Assembly (NCBI GenBank): GCA_002633005.1
Contig: NMRA01000450.1
Coordinates: forward strand, 99,253 to 163,252
DNA from: Phoronis australis
Taxonomy: Eukaryota; Animalia; Phoronida
DNA length: 64,000 nt
Reading direction: 5' to 3'
Both the position numbers and the translations under genes were made by a program. Below, piece after piece: positions 24,161 to 38,300 of the stretch. The notes under the pieces are model-generated. The model worked only from the letters and a program-made list of their open reading frames with translations. It searched no databases and was not told the origin of the DNA. Numbering within the stretch: position 1 is the stretch's first letter; every line of letters starts with the position of its first letter.

Positions 24161-27100
24161 AACAATTAGTAACACGGTTAACACTGATTGATATCTATTT
24201 ATTTGACTTTTGTGCTGTTTCGGCAGCTACTGTAGAATTGATTTGCAAGACAGCATGCGGATCAACAACCGTGTCCAAAGATAACTGAAAAAACATTAAG
24301 GAAACACATGGAAATACTAGGTCAAAGATCAATAGGTAACATACAATAATCCATCATTACTTCAGTAAGATAAGTTCACTAAATGGCTGGACAAAACTCT
24401 GTCTACCAAGTACTTTAGCCATAAAACATGTTTCTTAACCTAGACACTTAAGACAAACTATGTAGGTCTTGAAAGTGCACGGTGTGCCTACTTTTAGGCG
24501 TGGCTGATAAAACTAGCCAACAGTGTGGTCACTATCCAAGAACTTGCATTAATACTGAACAACTCAGCATTCATTTGAAAAGTGAAAATTTCTAATATAT
24601 CATAAAGCATTTTTTAAATGCTGAAATTTTTTTTCGGTTTTGACTAGATACAGTTACCCAAAGATTATGCCATCAGGTTTATACACACCTGAACGGAACA
24701 CCAGTTAGGAATCAAGAAGTGTTTACCTATCGTTTGAGCAAAGTTTGAGTACAATGAACTTTCCTGGTTGGACCAACAACTACATTTTATGATTAACACT
24801 TCAGTAGGCTGAAAAATCAGTTGCTAGGCTGGCCTAAGAAAAAAAGAAAAGTCCAAATATTAGCAACTTTTGCAGCAAACTACACTTCCCAATTCGTCCA
24901 TTTGCTTTACAGCGTGCTAGGATCGACTGAATACCTATATTTATTTGTTAACCAATTCCAAGATGAGACGCGCAAGGAAGGGATGAAGTACTATTGTGCC
25001 GCCACCTGTAATTTCTACAAATTTTGCGGTTCTCCTTTCCAAGCAGTGGCCAAATAAACGTGAAACCAGGTGGTACAGTAGCGCAAGACAACAGTTGTAT
25101 CGTTCATTTCTTTAAAACCGTGATTTACAGCTTAATGTACACAGTTTAGATTATGAGGGCTCGCCAAACGTTATGAGAATCAAGCGATAACTAATTCATG
25201 CGTAGTCTTTGAAATTGGTTCAACTTCGCGATTCGAGGTACCAGGTTTGAGTAATTGAAATAAGCAGTATGTACCTTCATTCGATTCTTGCACACAACAC
25301 CGCGGACATTAGTTTCCTTATTCCAGAGGTTACATCTGCAAGATATTCACGATTCACTTCCGGAAGGGAACCTGGATTTTGTAGTATTACTGTAGAGCTA
25401 TCGTTATTCTAAAACTGAGTTAGCGGTAGATGGTATGAGGAAAAGTTTATTTTTTATTTTTGATTCAGGACTTTTGGTTTCTTCGTCATAAATGAGGAAC
25501 TGGCAAGAGTCTACTGCAATGATGTACTGGCCTTCGACAAAGTTACCAACTACAATAAAATGCGCCTACCCCAACATTTTTTCGCAATACAAGGGTTATG
25601 TCAAAAATAATACTGCTGTATCTACTTTGCTTGCAGTCAAACAAATTTTGTTATTTACTAAGGCACCATATTTTATGTGCCTAATGCATAAAGTTGTATA
25701 TTCGTTTTGTCTACTACTTAGTACTCAGATAATTGTGATTTCTTTGTGGTACTAATAAACAAAATTTATGCCCAATACCATTTCTTAGTTTCATACTGAA
25801 AATCGGATGATGACTTAAATGTAATGAAACAGCATTAGTTGCTACAAACCAACATTCCATCAGCAATAAAGTAACTTTTGATTAACACCATTTTCTGAAT
25901 CAGACCTCCTATCAGTAAGTTTCTTTACCCAGGTGAGGATGGGTTTCTTGGTTTGTAACAAATTCATCTACAGAAAATGACAAGCTGTTTCAAGCCAATT
26001 TGATAAACTGAGGCTTGAGCTATAACGAACTGTCAGTTCTTTCTAATTCCAGGAATCATTTGTACTCTGTGTAAGGAATGGGTCGAGACAATAAATAGTC
26101 AAAATCAAGAGTTGGTTTAATTGAAAGAAGGCAGGTTTATAGCAGCTTTAACAGCAATGACGTAATCATATTAACAAACAAAATGAATTTCCAGTGCCAA
26201 AGTTTAACATGTACAACATCAAATGCATTTCACTGCAGTAATTCTCAACATAACAGAAATGTAAATGCAAACAAGAATTGCTGCATGACATGTAATTAAT
26301 CGAAATATGTTTGACGCCATGGACACATTTATTTTAATTACGTAGTCAATTCACAGAGCCACGTGGATCAACAAAAGCAGATGATGATGGTTGATAGACT
26401 CAACATGAACCAAGTTACACGAACACTTCAATTACAGAGCAGGTACTGTATCGCAGTTTTGGAGTCACATGTAGGCAAACAGTGATCAAGTATTGTTGGT
26501 TGACATATGTAAAAGTAAAATGTCAGACTTAGATGCTGTACGGTAAATGAGTAAGATGAAAATTATAGCTGTGTCCTTTTGTATTGACAACAGTCTTTAT
26601 CCACGTCAAGCTACTGTGCAAAGGTAACTTTAAAATTAGTGTCAAATGTTCACTGAATCAGTGATAGTTTCTTTTGATAGATAAAATAACATTTGTTGTC
26701 ATTGATCGTCAAGGCAATGAACTGGGTGGCCCTGGAAGCCATGTGTCAAGTTTGTGCACGCCTTGTTTTTCTCTCAAGCATCTGCTAATTATGGACACCG
26801 GTGGCAGTGGAGTATAGACCTTTCTTAATCCTTGACAGCATTGTTCTTGGATTTCTCACTGAAGTACCTGCGTAGCCTGTAAGTGTAAAATATTGTGAAA
26901 AGTTACAATATAATAGAACACTTAATCACTAAAACCAAAGATACAGTGCAAAGAACAGCACCATTGGGTACAAGTAATGATAATTGTATCTATGCCACCG
27001 ACTGAATGCTAGTATCAACAAGTGTGAGAGGTTGCAAGTTAGAAACATAGTGCAAGAACTAATGCACGTATTGCCATTTGACTCTTGGTATAAATCATCA

Positions 27101-27589
27101 TCGCATCATAACTGTTGATGGCCATTCCAAAACACTTTATGGTTTAAGTGGACCCTAAAGTTCTAAGACTGGAAATTGAACTCATGGCAACATGGTTATG
27201 TCCCAAGTGCTACTCAGCAGCCGTTGCATGAATATAACGTTACCACACAACTGTTTTATCAAGCTCAAACAATGGTCATACTATTATCGTCTTTTAATAA
27301 GCAATAAGAAACCTACGTTGAGAGACAATAGAGTTGCATTTTCACAGAACAGTAACTGTGGCTATAAACCCTGTTATCCATGCCAACTTAACTCTTGATT
27401 TTAACCACTTTCCTTATTCAGATGACAAATAATTTTTGGTCTTGCAAAGAACTGTCAGATCATTATGGTTGTGATCATGTCAGGTGAATGAAATGGCATG
27501 CTGTGACGCGTCAATCTAAAGAAACTCTCAAGTAGTAACAAATCGCTGGAGATTTTCAAGCCCAAAATTCACACCTGTTTTTACCAAGG

Positions 27590-28120
27590 AACAATTCGAA
27601 ATCAATATCATACTAATAATACATGATCTAAATGAACAGTTGATTTTCGTGACATTAGGCATGCCTATATGTACTTTAAATTCCAATAGAGCATAGAGTC
27701 TTTACAAGAGCAGACACAAACCTTTGATCCAGATTGTGAAGATGCAGTTGACAAAGAATATAAGGACAAGGGTGAACAACAGCTCTGAATACCTGCAAGA
27801 TGACAGTAATGGCATTTGTAAGAAGACATTCGGTTTAAAATTTATTCTGAGGCCTCCGCACTGAAAACGCAGACCTGTACATATGAATCTGAAACAGTGA
27901 CATTGAATCGACAGATGGAATCGTACAAAAGCCAATTTTCAAAATAAGGTTTTTGTAAATCGTGATTGCTCCCCAAACCAAAATGATACACAGAATTTCA
28001 ACCAGCAGCTGGATTTATACTTGAGTTAGCTTGCACTTATACTACAGTTGTAAGCCAGTTGAAAATTTTTACATGCAAATTAGTTACATTACAACTGTTC
28101 CTTGCTCAACTGGACATCCT
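27590..28120 (+). repeat. second copy of the 20625-21485 repeat
   Basis: Shared blocks as listed for 20625-21485. Confidence 0.85.
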
Positions 28121-29639
28121 CCAAAGCACTGATATATAAGAATAAAAACATCACACTGAAGTAGGGTTTACGCAAACCTAATATATATATAACTCAAGCA
28201 ATAACACTGTTTCATGCATTTCAATGTGCATTTTCATGTTTTAATATGGAACTGCAGTGACACCTGTTGCCACACATCATCTGCGAAGTGCACTCATCCA
28301 TCAAAAATATCTTTGACTAATATTTGTCTGGTAAGGTGCTTGGCTGTATTCATAAATTAAGATGTAAAAGCCTAGGTCCAAGCATTTTAGTAGTCAAAAA
28401 AGCTCGCTACATGGCGTTATTTTGAAAACGCAGATGCAAACGCTTTGATCTACATATTTTTGTAAAAAATCACTGTTTGGGGGGTTGCTGGTGCACGGTG
28501 GTAGGGATAATGCGTCGTCGAAATCACGGACACCATGAAATATTGGGAATCCCATTTCGGACACCCCATTTTCGAAATCCAGAATGAATCCCTGAATACA
28601 AATTGAATATGCTTTAAACAAGGCAAGTTTAAATACTAAAAACGAAACGGTGATATCTTTGGTTTGGATTGTGAGTTGTGAGTTGAATAAAATGTGAAAT
28701 GTCACTCCATGAGATTCTAAGGAAATGAATGAAACAATATCTCACTCAAGTTTTCTTCAGGTGATCGGCTTCTATGACCAGTATGGAACTCTTCCAAAGA
28801 CGTTTGTACAGGGGGTTTGTCTAAACCACTCATTCTGAAAGTACAGATGACGAAGGAGGGTTTAAATACACTTTGACTCGTTTTACCAGGAGCAATCACA
28901 AGATTTAATAATGTACTTTCAGTCAACTTGTCACACCTTTATGCTTAAAACAACTTTGATTTAATTACCAAAAGGCAAAATTTGTAGCTGAGACAGCATT
29001 ATTCTAAACTGACAGCGACTTAAGAGACTTATAGATGATGAAAATTCAGGCTTGCATTAGACCCCAGAGCCTAATCTCGAACTGTATTCGATACACAACT
29101 CGAAAATTGAGCAATTCCATGACATGAGCAAACATAAAGATTTGCACTCCAATCACGTGACTTGATTAGCTAATTTGTTGAGGTTGTGGGTTCAAGTAAT
29201 GTTCCTGGACCATGCAGACTGCAAGTAACCATTTTCTCCTAACCTGCAAAGTCTAAGATGGAAATACAAAGAAAAGTGGCCATCAACAACTGAATACGTT
29301 TGGCACGCCTTTTTTCTTTTAAAACTTAATGGAATAAGAGAGATCAACTTACGGTTACATGGACCCGTGTAGGTGGTCAGTATTCTCATAACTGGAAAAA
29401 ATAAAGCAAAACTAATTGGACATTCTCAAGTATAGCCATCTTGACCAAGACTTACCCCTCCCCCACTGTACTCGATAGTACGACCAACACAGATATGAGC
29501 TTTCCAATAAAGCTATTGGCATGGCTAGGTGAAGTCCCTAACACATCCTACAAACGTCTCCCCCCCGCCCCCGCCCCCCTCCCACGACAATTCTTTACAC
29601 CAACTGCTACACTGCTTTGCTAGTTGAAATCGATCTAAA

Positions 29640-30145
29640 AGCCTGTTTTCATACTGACTTAACTCCGCTCTGCGCACAGCGTCGACATGAACTGCGAAGT
29701 TACTTGAACCGTTTATACCGGCTTCGGTAGTTAACAGGTGCCTAAGTAAACTGTAGCTGACGATGTTGTCATCGAAGTAATCGCAACGTAGTGCAGATGC
29801 ATCACTTGCACGCTAGGATTTTTAATGTGATAATTTGGGAACATTGACATGTGCTAACTGACACAAAAAAATATTTCTCATTCGATTGGTGACTATTTGA
29901 GCAAAATATGAGCAGCTATTTGCGACGAAACTACCCCGTAATTGTTGATGATAACAGTGGCCCCTGACAATAACTTCGATGTAATCGAAGTTGACCATTC
30001 ATACTCCACCGCAGCATCGACTCTCCGCTTTTCTACTGCAAAGTTAACTAACACAGTTAACTTCGATTCAGTACCGAAGTTAACCGTTCATTCTGACTGG
30101 AACTCCCCAAAACATCGACATGTCGACGTTAGAATGAAATGGCCT
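29640..30145. mobile_element. PIF/Harbinger-like MITE
   Basis: Ends AGCCTGTTTTCATACTGAC and GTTAGAATGAAATGGCCT with TAA/TAG flanks; internal inverted GTCGACATG, CGAAGTTA and GTTAAC motifs. Confidence 0.5.
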
Positions 30146-31283
30146 TAGCAGTTAACACTAACATGGTGTAACTAATCCGGTCAGCTTGAATCAGTATTAG
30201 TATTAGTAAGCGCAACAAAGCGCAGGACAAAAACTGAACAGCTGATTGAATTGAGGCTCTTCAAAATGATTCGGGTCCGATGTACAGTATGCTGACTGAG
30301 ATCAGTTTCCCACCAGTGTATGCTCTAACCGAATCACTGAACATTTCACAAACAACACACATACTTCAACTTATACTTGTCCATCGAAATCCCTGTAAAA
30401 CCTTCATGAGTTCGAACATTCAGTCTTGTCCTCATTGTTTCCCTCCTATTGAACGAGTCGCGTACAGGTACACGGTTTGTTGGTAATGCCGCTTTTTGTA
30501 CTGGCTAACACGTCTTTTTCTGAATCTCGTAGAGCAGGACGACTGCGTTTTGCCTTCGGACGTACACTACATAGACGTACTAGTCTCCGCCATTTGTATT
30601 TCTGTTGACCTCTAGATCTGTGGCTGCGCATGCGTTGTTGTAATGTTTACATCTATTAGAAAATACCGGGTTTTTATTCTTTGTAAACATTTCATTCGTT
30701 TGTAATATTTACGATTTTTTTCAAAATTTTTGCACGTGTTGAAAGTTAATAACTTTTTGAACTTCAAATCACACCAAAAAAACGGCTAAAACGGCGTTAA
30801 GAAGTTTTTTCTTCTATAACTCGGACCATGGGCCTTTAAGGTGTCACGGTCAACTTACAGTGCTGATATGTACAAAGGTAATTTGACACTGGAGAAAAAA
30901 GTAAGTAGAAGTTAGTGAACTTGATACAATACATTATAGTGTATGTTAGCGTAAACAAGAGACATTGGAACATATTTTTACGATTGTCATGTTACTAAAG
31001 GAAGTGGACTCTGGAATATAATACTGTTCATAAAAAGAGACAATGTTATTTTGAAAACCTGTTGTATAGTTGTCACGGTCAACTTTCAAGAACAAAAAGC
31101 AGAACAACTGGATTGAAAAGTGGGACTTGGGATAAAAGCGGGACAACTTAGTCTAAGCCAAAACGTAAAGGTAAAATGTCTGCTGCAAAAAAGACGTACC
31201 GATTAGCTACAACACACAAAGACGTACCGAAAGTGTTTTTGTCGAACGGAGGATGTAACACACAAAATGGCCGACAGCGTTTT

Positions 31284-31328
<45 letters not shown>
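31284..31328. repeat. (TTG)n microsatellite
   Basis: About 14 uninterrupted TTG units. Confidence 0.95.
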
Positions 31329-31330
<2 letters not shown>

Positions 31331-31719
31331 AATTGAATGGGAAATTGCAGGTGCGCAAAAACCCATGAACCGTCACGTTTTTTCTTTTTAATCTTGCGGG
31401 AAAATATGGCTATGTGGCGTGGGAGATTACCACAGTATGATAGTATGTGAATTTGGCAGTGAGTCAAAAAGCTGTACTTTAAGTGGCGGGATTGCAGAAA
31501 AAAATAAAAAGTGGGGCAATTGGCAAATACACTATACGCTGTCAGCAACATGAAGTACTGGACTGGGTTGTTTTACAAGGTAAACTTTTCATTTAAGTAA
31601 ATACTATGGATAACTGTAGGCCTACTTTTCAAAAATCGTAGGAACAAAAAACGGCAACTGGGAGGTAGATATTGTTGAAATGAATTATAGAAAGAGTTGA
31701 AAGCAGTAATAATACATAG

Positions 31720-31736
31720 ACACACACACGCACACG

Positions 31737-31788
<52 letters not shown>
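31720..31788. repeat. (CA)n microsatellite
   Basis: Imperfect CA run seen directly. Confidence 0.95.
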
Positions 31789-33069
31789 AATCCGCACCTT
31801 TACATAGCTAAGCAATTATGAGAAATTTTTCGGAAGTTACGTACACACATGTTTTTAGGGCATAAACTTTTCATTTTGGTCAAATGTAACTTCTTCCCGT
31901 AAATTACTGTGACATGATTTTAAAATTCAAAAATGTCTTGTTGAAAAACGTTTGGCATGAAGTATGATAGGTTGTCGAAACTGGTTCTACCACTGGAGTT
32001 GAACAGGCAACACTAGATCAGAGGCTAAACGCGCGCGCGCGTGTATTATTACCCTTCTTTATAATGATTCATTTGTGCAATGCGTAACCTCTTTCCCAGA
32101 TGTCTACGCTTTAAAAGACGCTCTCCGCATCTGATGAGATAAAACCCCAAAGAAGGAATTTGACCACAGACCAATTTAGTTTAGACTTACTCCTAAACGA
32201 GGTTCTCTCAGCATCAAAGCAAATATTTTCAAAATAACCAGAATTAGCTGAAGGTTTTCTCAATTATGCTTCAATTTCTGATGTTACTCTACAAAATGAC
32301 TGTGACAGTGTGGCGGAATTAAACTTCACTTTTGATGAATTGCTCACAAAAACACAATTACGTGTAGGATCGTAATTCACGAAAAGTTACTATTCTAGTG
32401 ACATCTATCTTCATGTATTCTAAACTTGTGAAAGTAAAGGATTCAATACTTTGTTTAAAGCATTATCGAAATGAAAGTGATTGCAGCCGTTAAAAGCACA
32501 CTTGTAACAGGCATTTGTATAAAATCTAGTTGATAGTTGACACTATTTTAGCTGAAGTATTATACATTCTATATTTTCAAACGAACTTACCTATAACTTT
32601 GCAATTTGGTGAAAGTATCGTTCCTTGTGCTTCCTATTCGAACGTTTTTAACTTTAAAAATACCTGCTGATTGCTGTGATGCAGATCTGTGGTCCTTGAA
32701 TTATAGGCCCTAAATGGGAAATGTCCGATATACTGGAAAGCCTTAATAATCTAGTTGTTGCTGCAAATATGGGGCAGTCCATAAAATCACTTTTTCTCAA
32801 CGTATCATAACTTACACGCCTACTGATTTTAACTTTGTGGTCTGTTTTCCGCAACAACAAATGCAAATGATCCGTTCGGATACCTTTTATATCTTGGATA
32901 CAGTAACTCCAGTTTAGTCACGTCACTTTCCATAAATGGTAATTACTATGATCATTCAACCAATCATGCGCTTTCTTTCCATTTGAGTTTGGTAAACTGC
33001 GTCTTCTGTGAAATTTTGCTTTTTTTTATTTTTTCATCATATTGTCTTGTATCTAGGTCGTTTCTTTTC

Positions 33070-34249
33070 TACGGTGGCCCTAAGATGACACATCTCGTTT
33101 CTTTTTTAATTATCTTAGGTTCTCGAGATCCCGACATAATTATATCGGGATCTCGATTCCATCGACACCGTCTGTTTTCAAATACCCACCGGTATCAACT
33201 TAAATAATTCGTGGTTTTCACAATGAATACTCGAAGTAGTTTGGATAAAAACACGTTGCAAACTAAATAGAATGCATGGTCAGAGGTGTCGAGAAGGGGT
33301 GAACAACAGAGCCCACACCCCCGGGGCCCGTGGCAGTTACCCGGGTTGGTCGGGGAAGAAAAAAAAAGCGGAGCAACAAAAAACAAAAGATCCAGAGGCT
33401 TGGACCTGTTAGTCTCAGTTGGACTAAGATAATAACTCAGAAACCTACGAAGGGCCATCAAAATTTGACGGGATTAGTTTAAAAATTGCTGCGTGTGCGG
33501 TAAGTGTGATTGTCGCTAATGCAACCTGGTTTCAGGTCCACCCGGAGACACTGAAATTTTCTACTTCCATCTAAAAGCAGTCCAGATAACAGGATCTGAG
33601 GAAAAGACAGAACATAGCTTTATCACGCTACAACAGACTTACTCGGCTGATGCTAACGGGATGCATCCAAAGATACTCATTTCGCTCAAAACTGCAATAC
33701 TACTAGTTCTGCTGGCTGAAAAAACAAAAAAAATGGAATTAGGCATGTAACTGCTATAAAATCTGTCTCACATGATAGGCCTTATTTTCTATTATCGATA
33801 ATTTTCCAATTTGGATAGAGATGAAGCTATTAGAGATCTTTTCAACTTACGGCTGTCGCAAAAAGAAACTGTAGACATACTGAGGTATCGCGTTGATAAC
33901 ATTATTAGCGTTAGACACCTTCGGCGTTTGTTGTCAAGACTAGGGCTCACACGTTGTAACAATTATTGAGATATTGAAGATGTGATTGGTTTATAGACCG
34001 ACAAATATCGATGCCAGGCCAGCAATGTGGTTATAGATTGATGCACCACAAATGTGTCCCTAATGACTTAGTGGTGAAACGAAAAACTGCTCGAATCATT
34101 CTTTCTGCTGCCAATCCAGAATGTGTGGCAATGCGACGCGCCAGAAGACTGTTTGCGTACAGCGACACATTGGAAAATATTATCTCGGGATCTTAAGATG
34201 CCGAGATGATTAAATAAGAAATGAGCGATGTCATCTTTAGGCCACCATA
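33070..34249 (+). mobile_element. IS3EU-like non-autonomous DNA transposon (1180 bp)
   Basis: ~75-bp imperfect TIRs with TACGG...CCATA termini; 6-bp flanks CTTTTC (33064-33069) and CTATTC (34250-34255) matching at 5/6; internal transposase N-terminal relic. Confidence 0.75.
33811..34155 (+). pseudogene. N-terminal HTH part of an IS3EU-type (integrase-core) transposase
   Basis: LDRDEAIRDLFNLRLSQKETVDIL...ISVRHLRRLLSRLGLTR, then GYRLMHHKC...V.RKTARIIL...NPECVAMRRARRL; one stop and one frameshift; DDE core absent. Confidence 0.7.
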
Positions 34250-35206
34250 CTATTCGCTGTACACAGAAAAAAGAGCGAAAGTTCGAACGTAGTTGTGTTG
34301 TTGCTGTGCTTAGTATGTCTGTTTGTATTCCGCTTCACTATTGATGAAAAAATTTTTAATATGGAAAGAGCAACGTATAAGGATGCTCCCTGTGACTTAG
34401 TCGAATGTAAGACAAATAGGTCCAAGGCTAACACAAACGGATTGCTATAGGTCTCGAATGCAATTGTGCTCAGCTCATAGCTCATGTTTATAACAAAATG
34501 AGCTGTGAGGACGTTGTCTCTCGAGGCGGTGAATCAAATGTCTCTCTTGTTGGGTTGTTTTACATGATGAGCGTGAATGCCTAAGTTTGCATGCAAGGGG
34601 GCTAAGTAGATAGCTGATTACTTTCGGGAGGCTTTGGAAAATAATTATTGCATAACCCGACAACAGCAAATCTTTGTCGCTGTCTCATTTTAAACGGGGG
34701 TATTATTCACGGGTTCAGAAACATGGCTTAAATTTTATGTGCCAGTTTTAGCAGACTGTATATTGTCGCTATTTCAATGAATCACATTTGGTATCAACAT
34801 TAGCTTAGGAGGAGTCTGAAATGTTCAGGAAACTTCTCTGACATGACTGTCATTCAATAAAAGTTATCTTCAAGCAGCATCCATATCAATATCACCAAGC
34901 ACGAGAGATTGCATATCAACACAACCAACGTCTCGACCCTTTTTATGAAAAAAGACATTTTCTGTCCCAAAACATCATTTACATCAAACAATTAAAAACG
35001 TGACAAAATGACATCACGTTCGGAGGAGTTGGCCAACCTATCTAAAGATCTAAACTAGGTATGTTCATGCCAATGACAAGTTGACCCGCCAATACCTATG
35101 TTTTGGCGAAAATCAATGGTCACGGTAAAGGAAGTTGTGACAAGTTTGAGAGTTCATTTTGTGATTGTTATGCTCAGGTGGGAATTAAATGCACCTTTAT
35201 AAAAGC

Positions 35207-35360
35207 ACCAAACCCGGTTTTGACCTATTGACAGGTGTTGAAAAGACTTTCCCATTCATTTCCATGAAACCATGAAAATAATACTAAGTAACCATCTACT
35301 TCCCTCAAAAGAGAATTTTTTGAAAACTAACACAGTCTGATAAACAGACAAGCGTGACCA
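35207..35360 (-). repeat. inverted copy of the 229-387 repeat
   Basis: Shared blocks as listed for 229-387. Confidence 0.65.
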
Positions 35361-38300
35361 ATAACCAATGTTTTTGGGCGCACTTTCTCTTTCACTCTAG
35401 TTTTGCGTTCAGGGAATTACTGTTGGTGAACATTAATGTGTTTATGCAGTGCACTTCTTACACGGATGACCTTTCGAGCACAACAGTTGTCCTCACTTTT
35501 GTTTGGCATTCATAGAATATCAGTCGAGCATGAACGTCTGTGCGTTTCATACGACCGTTCGAGCAGATTTGTTGTCCTTTTGTGTCGTAAACAGAAACCA
35601 ATACTAATTTTGTTGGTGCGCTCGAAAGTGTTCTATTGCCAGTCAGTGATGATCTGAATAGTGTGCAGAGCCAATTGCTTGTAAAAGATGCATAAATTTT
35701 ACCTGTACATAGAATGTCATTAAATTTCTCAAGGAATCATAACAGTGATGTAGAAACACAAGCAAATTTAATTGGGAACTGGAACGCGCCAGTTTATGGC
35801 CATGGATTATGCAAGGTCAACTCAGTGGCAGATTTAGAGGGGACCAATAGGCCATACTCACAGCTCCCCTATCTCTCAGTCCGTGGCCACTTTCTCGGAG
35901 CAACGGCAACTTTGTTGTAAACCCATCTACAGATGTTTAAAAGTCAATTTCAAAAAGTTCCCAAGAATACACTTGCACGTTTATTTAGTATTTTAATTTA
36001 AAAGTTGGAAAAATATAACCACCAGGTTTCAGTGCAAAATGATACGAACAAACAATCAAACGTCAGAAAAGTAATGTGTCCATACATTTTCCCTTCAAAA
36101 GTCGTCTGCTTGGCATGAAAACATTCATCAGAGGACAGTCAGCTGATGTTATCCTGCTGGCTTAGCTAGCTTTTTTACTGCTCCTGACTGCAGTGGATAG
36201 TATCAATTCTTGGATGAGTGTGCAAGAAGTAATAGGCAACTACCAAGGACCAAGGCTCAAAAACCAGCAGGCAGCAGTTAGGAATTGAGGAAAGCCAAAT
36301 CAAGTGGCCACGAGTGTCATCGTACTGAAACAATTCTTGGCACATTCCTGAATCATTTTCGCTGAGCACTTAGACAAAATGAAATTTCAGTTGTTGGCCA
36401 TACTGTGTGCTAAGGTGAAGAGCATTTTGGTTATCTATTTCAGTTAAATAGGATTACTGTAACAAGGTGTTTAGATGAAATGGTATTCAGGTTGTCAAAA
36501 CTTTTTTTCATTTTGGGTAGGATGCAGGCTTGCAGAGATTTTTTTAACTTTTTATTTGCCATTAAAGTTTCCTGGTTAACTCATGGAAGACATTGAACTG
36601 TGCGGCCAGTCATCAACAGTTAAAAAAGCACACTACCACATATTCAGGTTGAAATCTGTGATCTGCCTCCTCATCATGATTGTTTGCTGCTACATGCTAA
36701 AAAGCAAACTACCAGTGTGCCATTCACAAACGAGCCTTGCAACAGCATGTCAGTGCACCATCTCCAGTTGATAATCAGGGTGGCTTTTGAGCAGATGACA
36801 ATAATGATGATATAAATGATCCCTGAGTGGATGAAGAAACATATTAATTGCATGCTATGTTGTTAACGAATTTTCAACGTAATGGAAAATATTGACAACA
36901 TTTAATCATGCTGGTGACTGTGGGGACTGTTGGGTGTATCGTTCCCTGTCGTGACAGTTGACAGTGAACAGCAATGTGGATGATAATTAATTGTGACAAT
37001 TAATGAAAGTGATGGCAGTGAATTTGTTGCAGAAGTGTTGGAAATGTATATTGTTCATATGAAGGCTGTGATATCAAATCTTCATCAATTTCCATCCAAA
37101 TGTTTAACAGTATTTGTTTTTTGGCACATCAGAATATAGTAGTATGTTTTCAGGCCAACAGGAGGCGCTGCTAAAAAATTCTTTTTCTCTTTTTTCAGCA
37201 ATTTTCCACCTAATATCATAATATATATCACTTTTCTTGTTCAGTAACTTCAAATAAACAAATCCCAATCAAATTATCACTCAGTTTTTGTCTAGTTGGT
37301 TTTTGTAGATTGGTTTTCTGTGCCAAATTATGCAAAAAATCAGATTTTTAGGTCAAATTTCAAACCTTGGGAACTTTTTAGATTCTTAAAGTATAATACC
37401 CAATGACCTTAAAAACACCAAAATTATCTTGCCCCCAAAAAGTGGCCACGGAAGTGATTTTCTAGGCTTCCTGGAGTCGAATGGACTATGGGCTACAAGA
37501 AGCTCATGCCCCCTAAAATTCTCCCAGATTCCATTTGGCAGTTCGGGGGTGCAAATGTCTGACGGGCAAAATCCTGGCTAATACTGAGTCTTAAGCGCCC
37601 CCCAACTCAAAATCCTGGATCCGCCTCTCCTACTAAAGGCCAGTTGTTGTCATTGTTATGAGTTATCAAAACAACAACGCTTCAAGATTTTTGGTGTATT
37701 CAAGACTGCTTACCTGTAGTGATCTCAGTACAAAAGGTTGGATAGCCATTACCAATTTCCCGCCACGCATATGCGGATTGTACAGAATGGCGGAGATTCA
37801 TTCCTACGGGCATAACTAAAAAAGAAAAAAGAGAAAACAAAACGCCTGCGGAAGGCTGATTTCAGGACTACGTGGACTGCTTTTACTATCGAAAACTTTT
37901 CTTGAGATCCCCTTACCTGATCCTGGCGCAAATCACGGAATGTTCAAGCTTGCTTGTGTAGATGAGTAGATGAGGGCGAAGCCCTCGGACAGCTGTCCTT
38001 GCTGTGGTTGGTGTGGACGTGGATGGTGCGGCAGGACCTGGTGGGAGGGTGGTGGTGTTCTTCTTCTTGTGGAGATGAGATGCTGGCGTTATTGACTTCT
38101 AGGGTGGCGGTGAAGCTGGCTTAATTGCAACAGCTTAGATGTTGTTCCTGGTTGTTTGACTCACATGAAGCCGGCTTAATGGCAACAGCTGTCATGCTAG
38201 TCCAAGCAATGTACTTTATTTGAAGACTTTGTAAATGTGATGAGCTCACTAGGATAAATCAGGATTTTATGAAACAAACGTCAGTAATGTTCATCACTAT

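Noticed and set aside
26640-26890. Minus-strand exon after a good acceptor (TTTTACACTTACAG)
   Set aside because: Early stops in the frames examined and no recognisable homology
30446-30840. Kolobok-like element end (GGACCATGGGCCT-TTAA) with a basic ORF
   Set aside because: Matching opposite TIR not found and the ORF has no diagnostic motif
31148-31815. ORFs with poly-N, poly-L and CV repeats
   Set aside because: Translations of microsatellites
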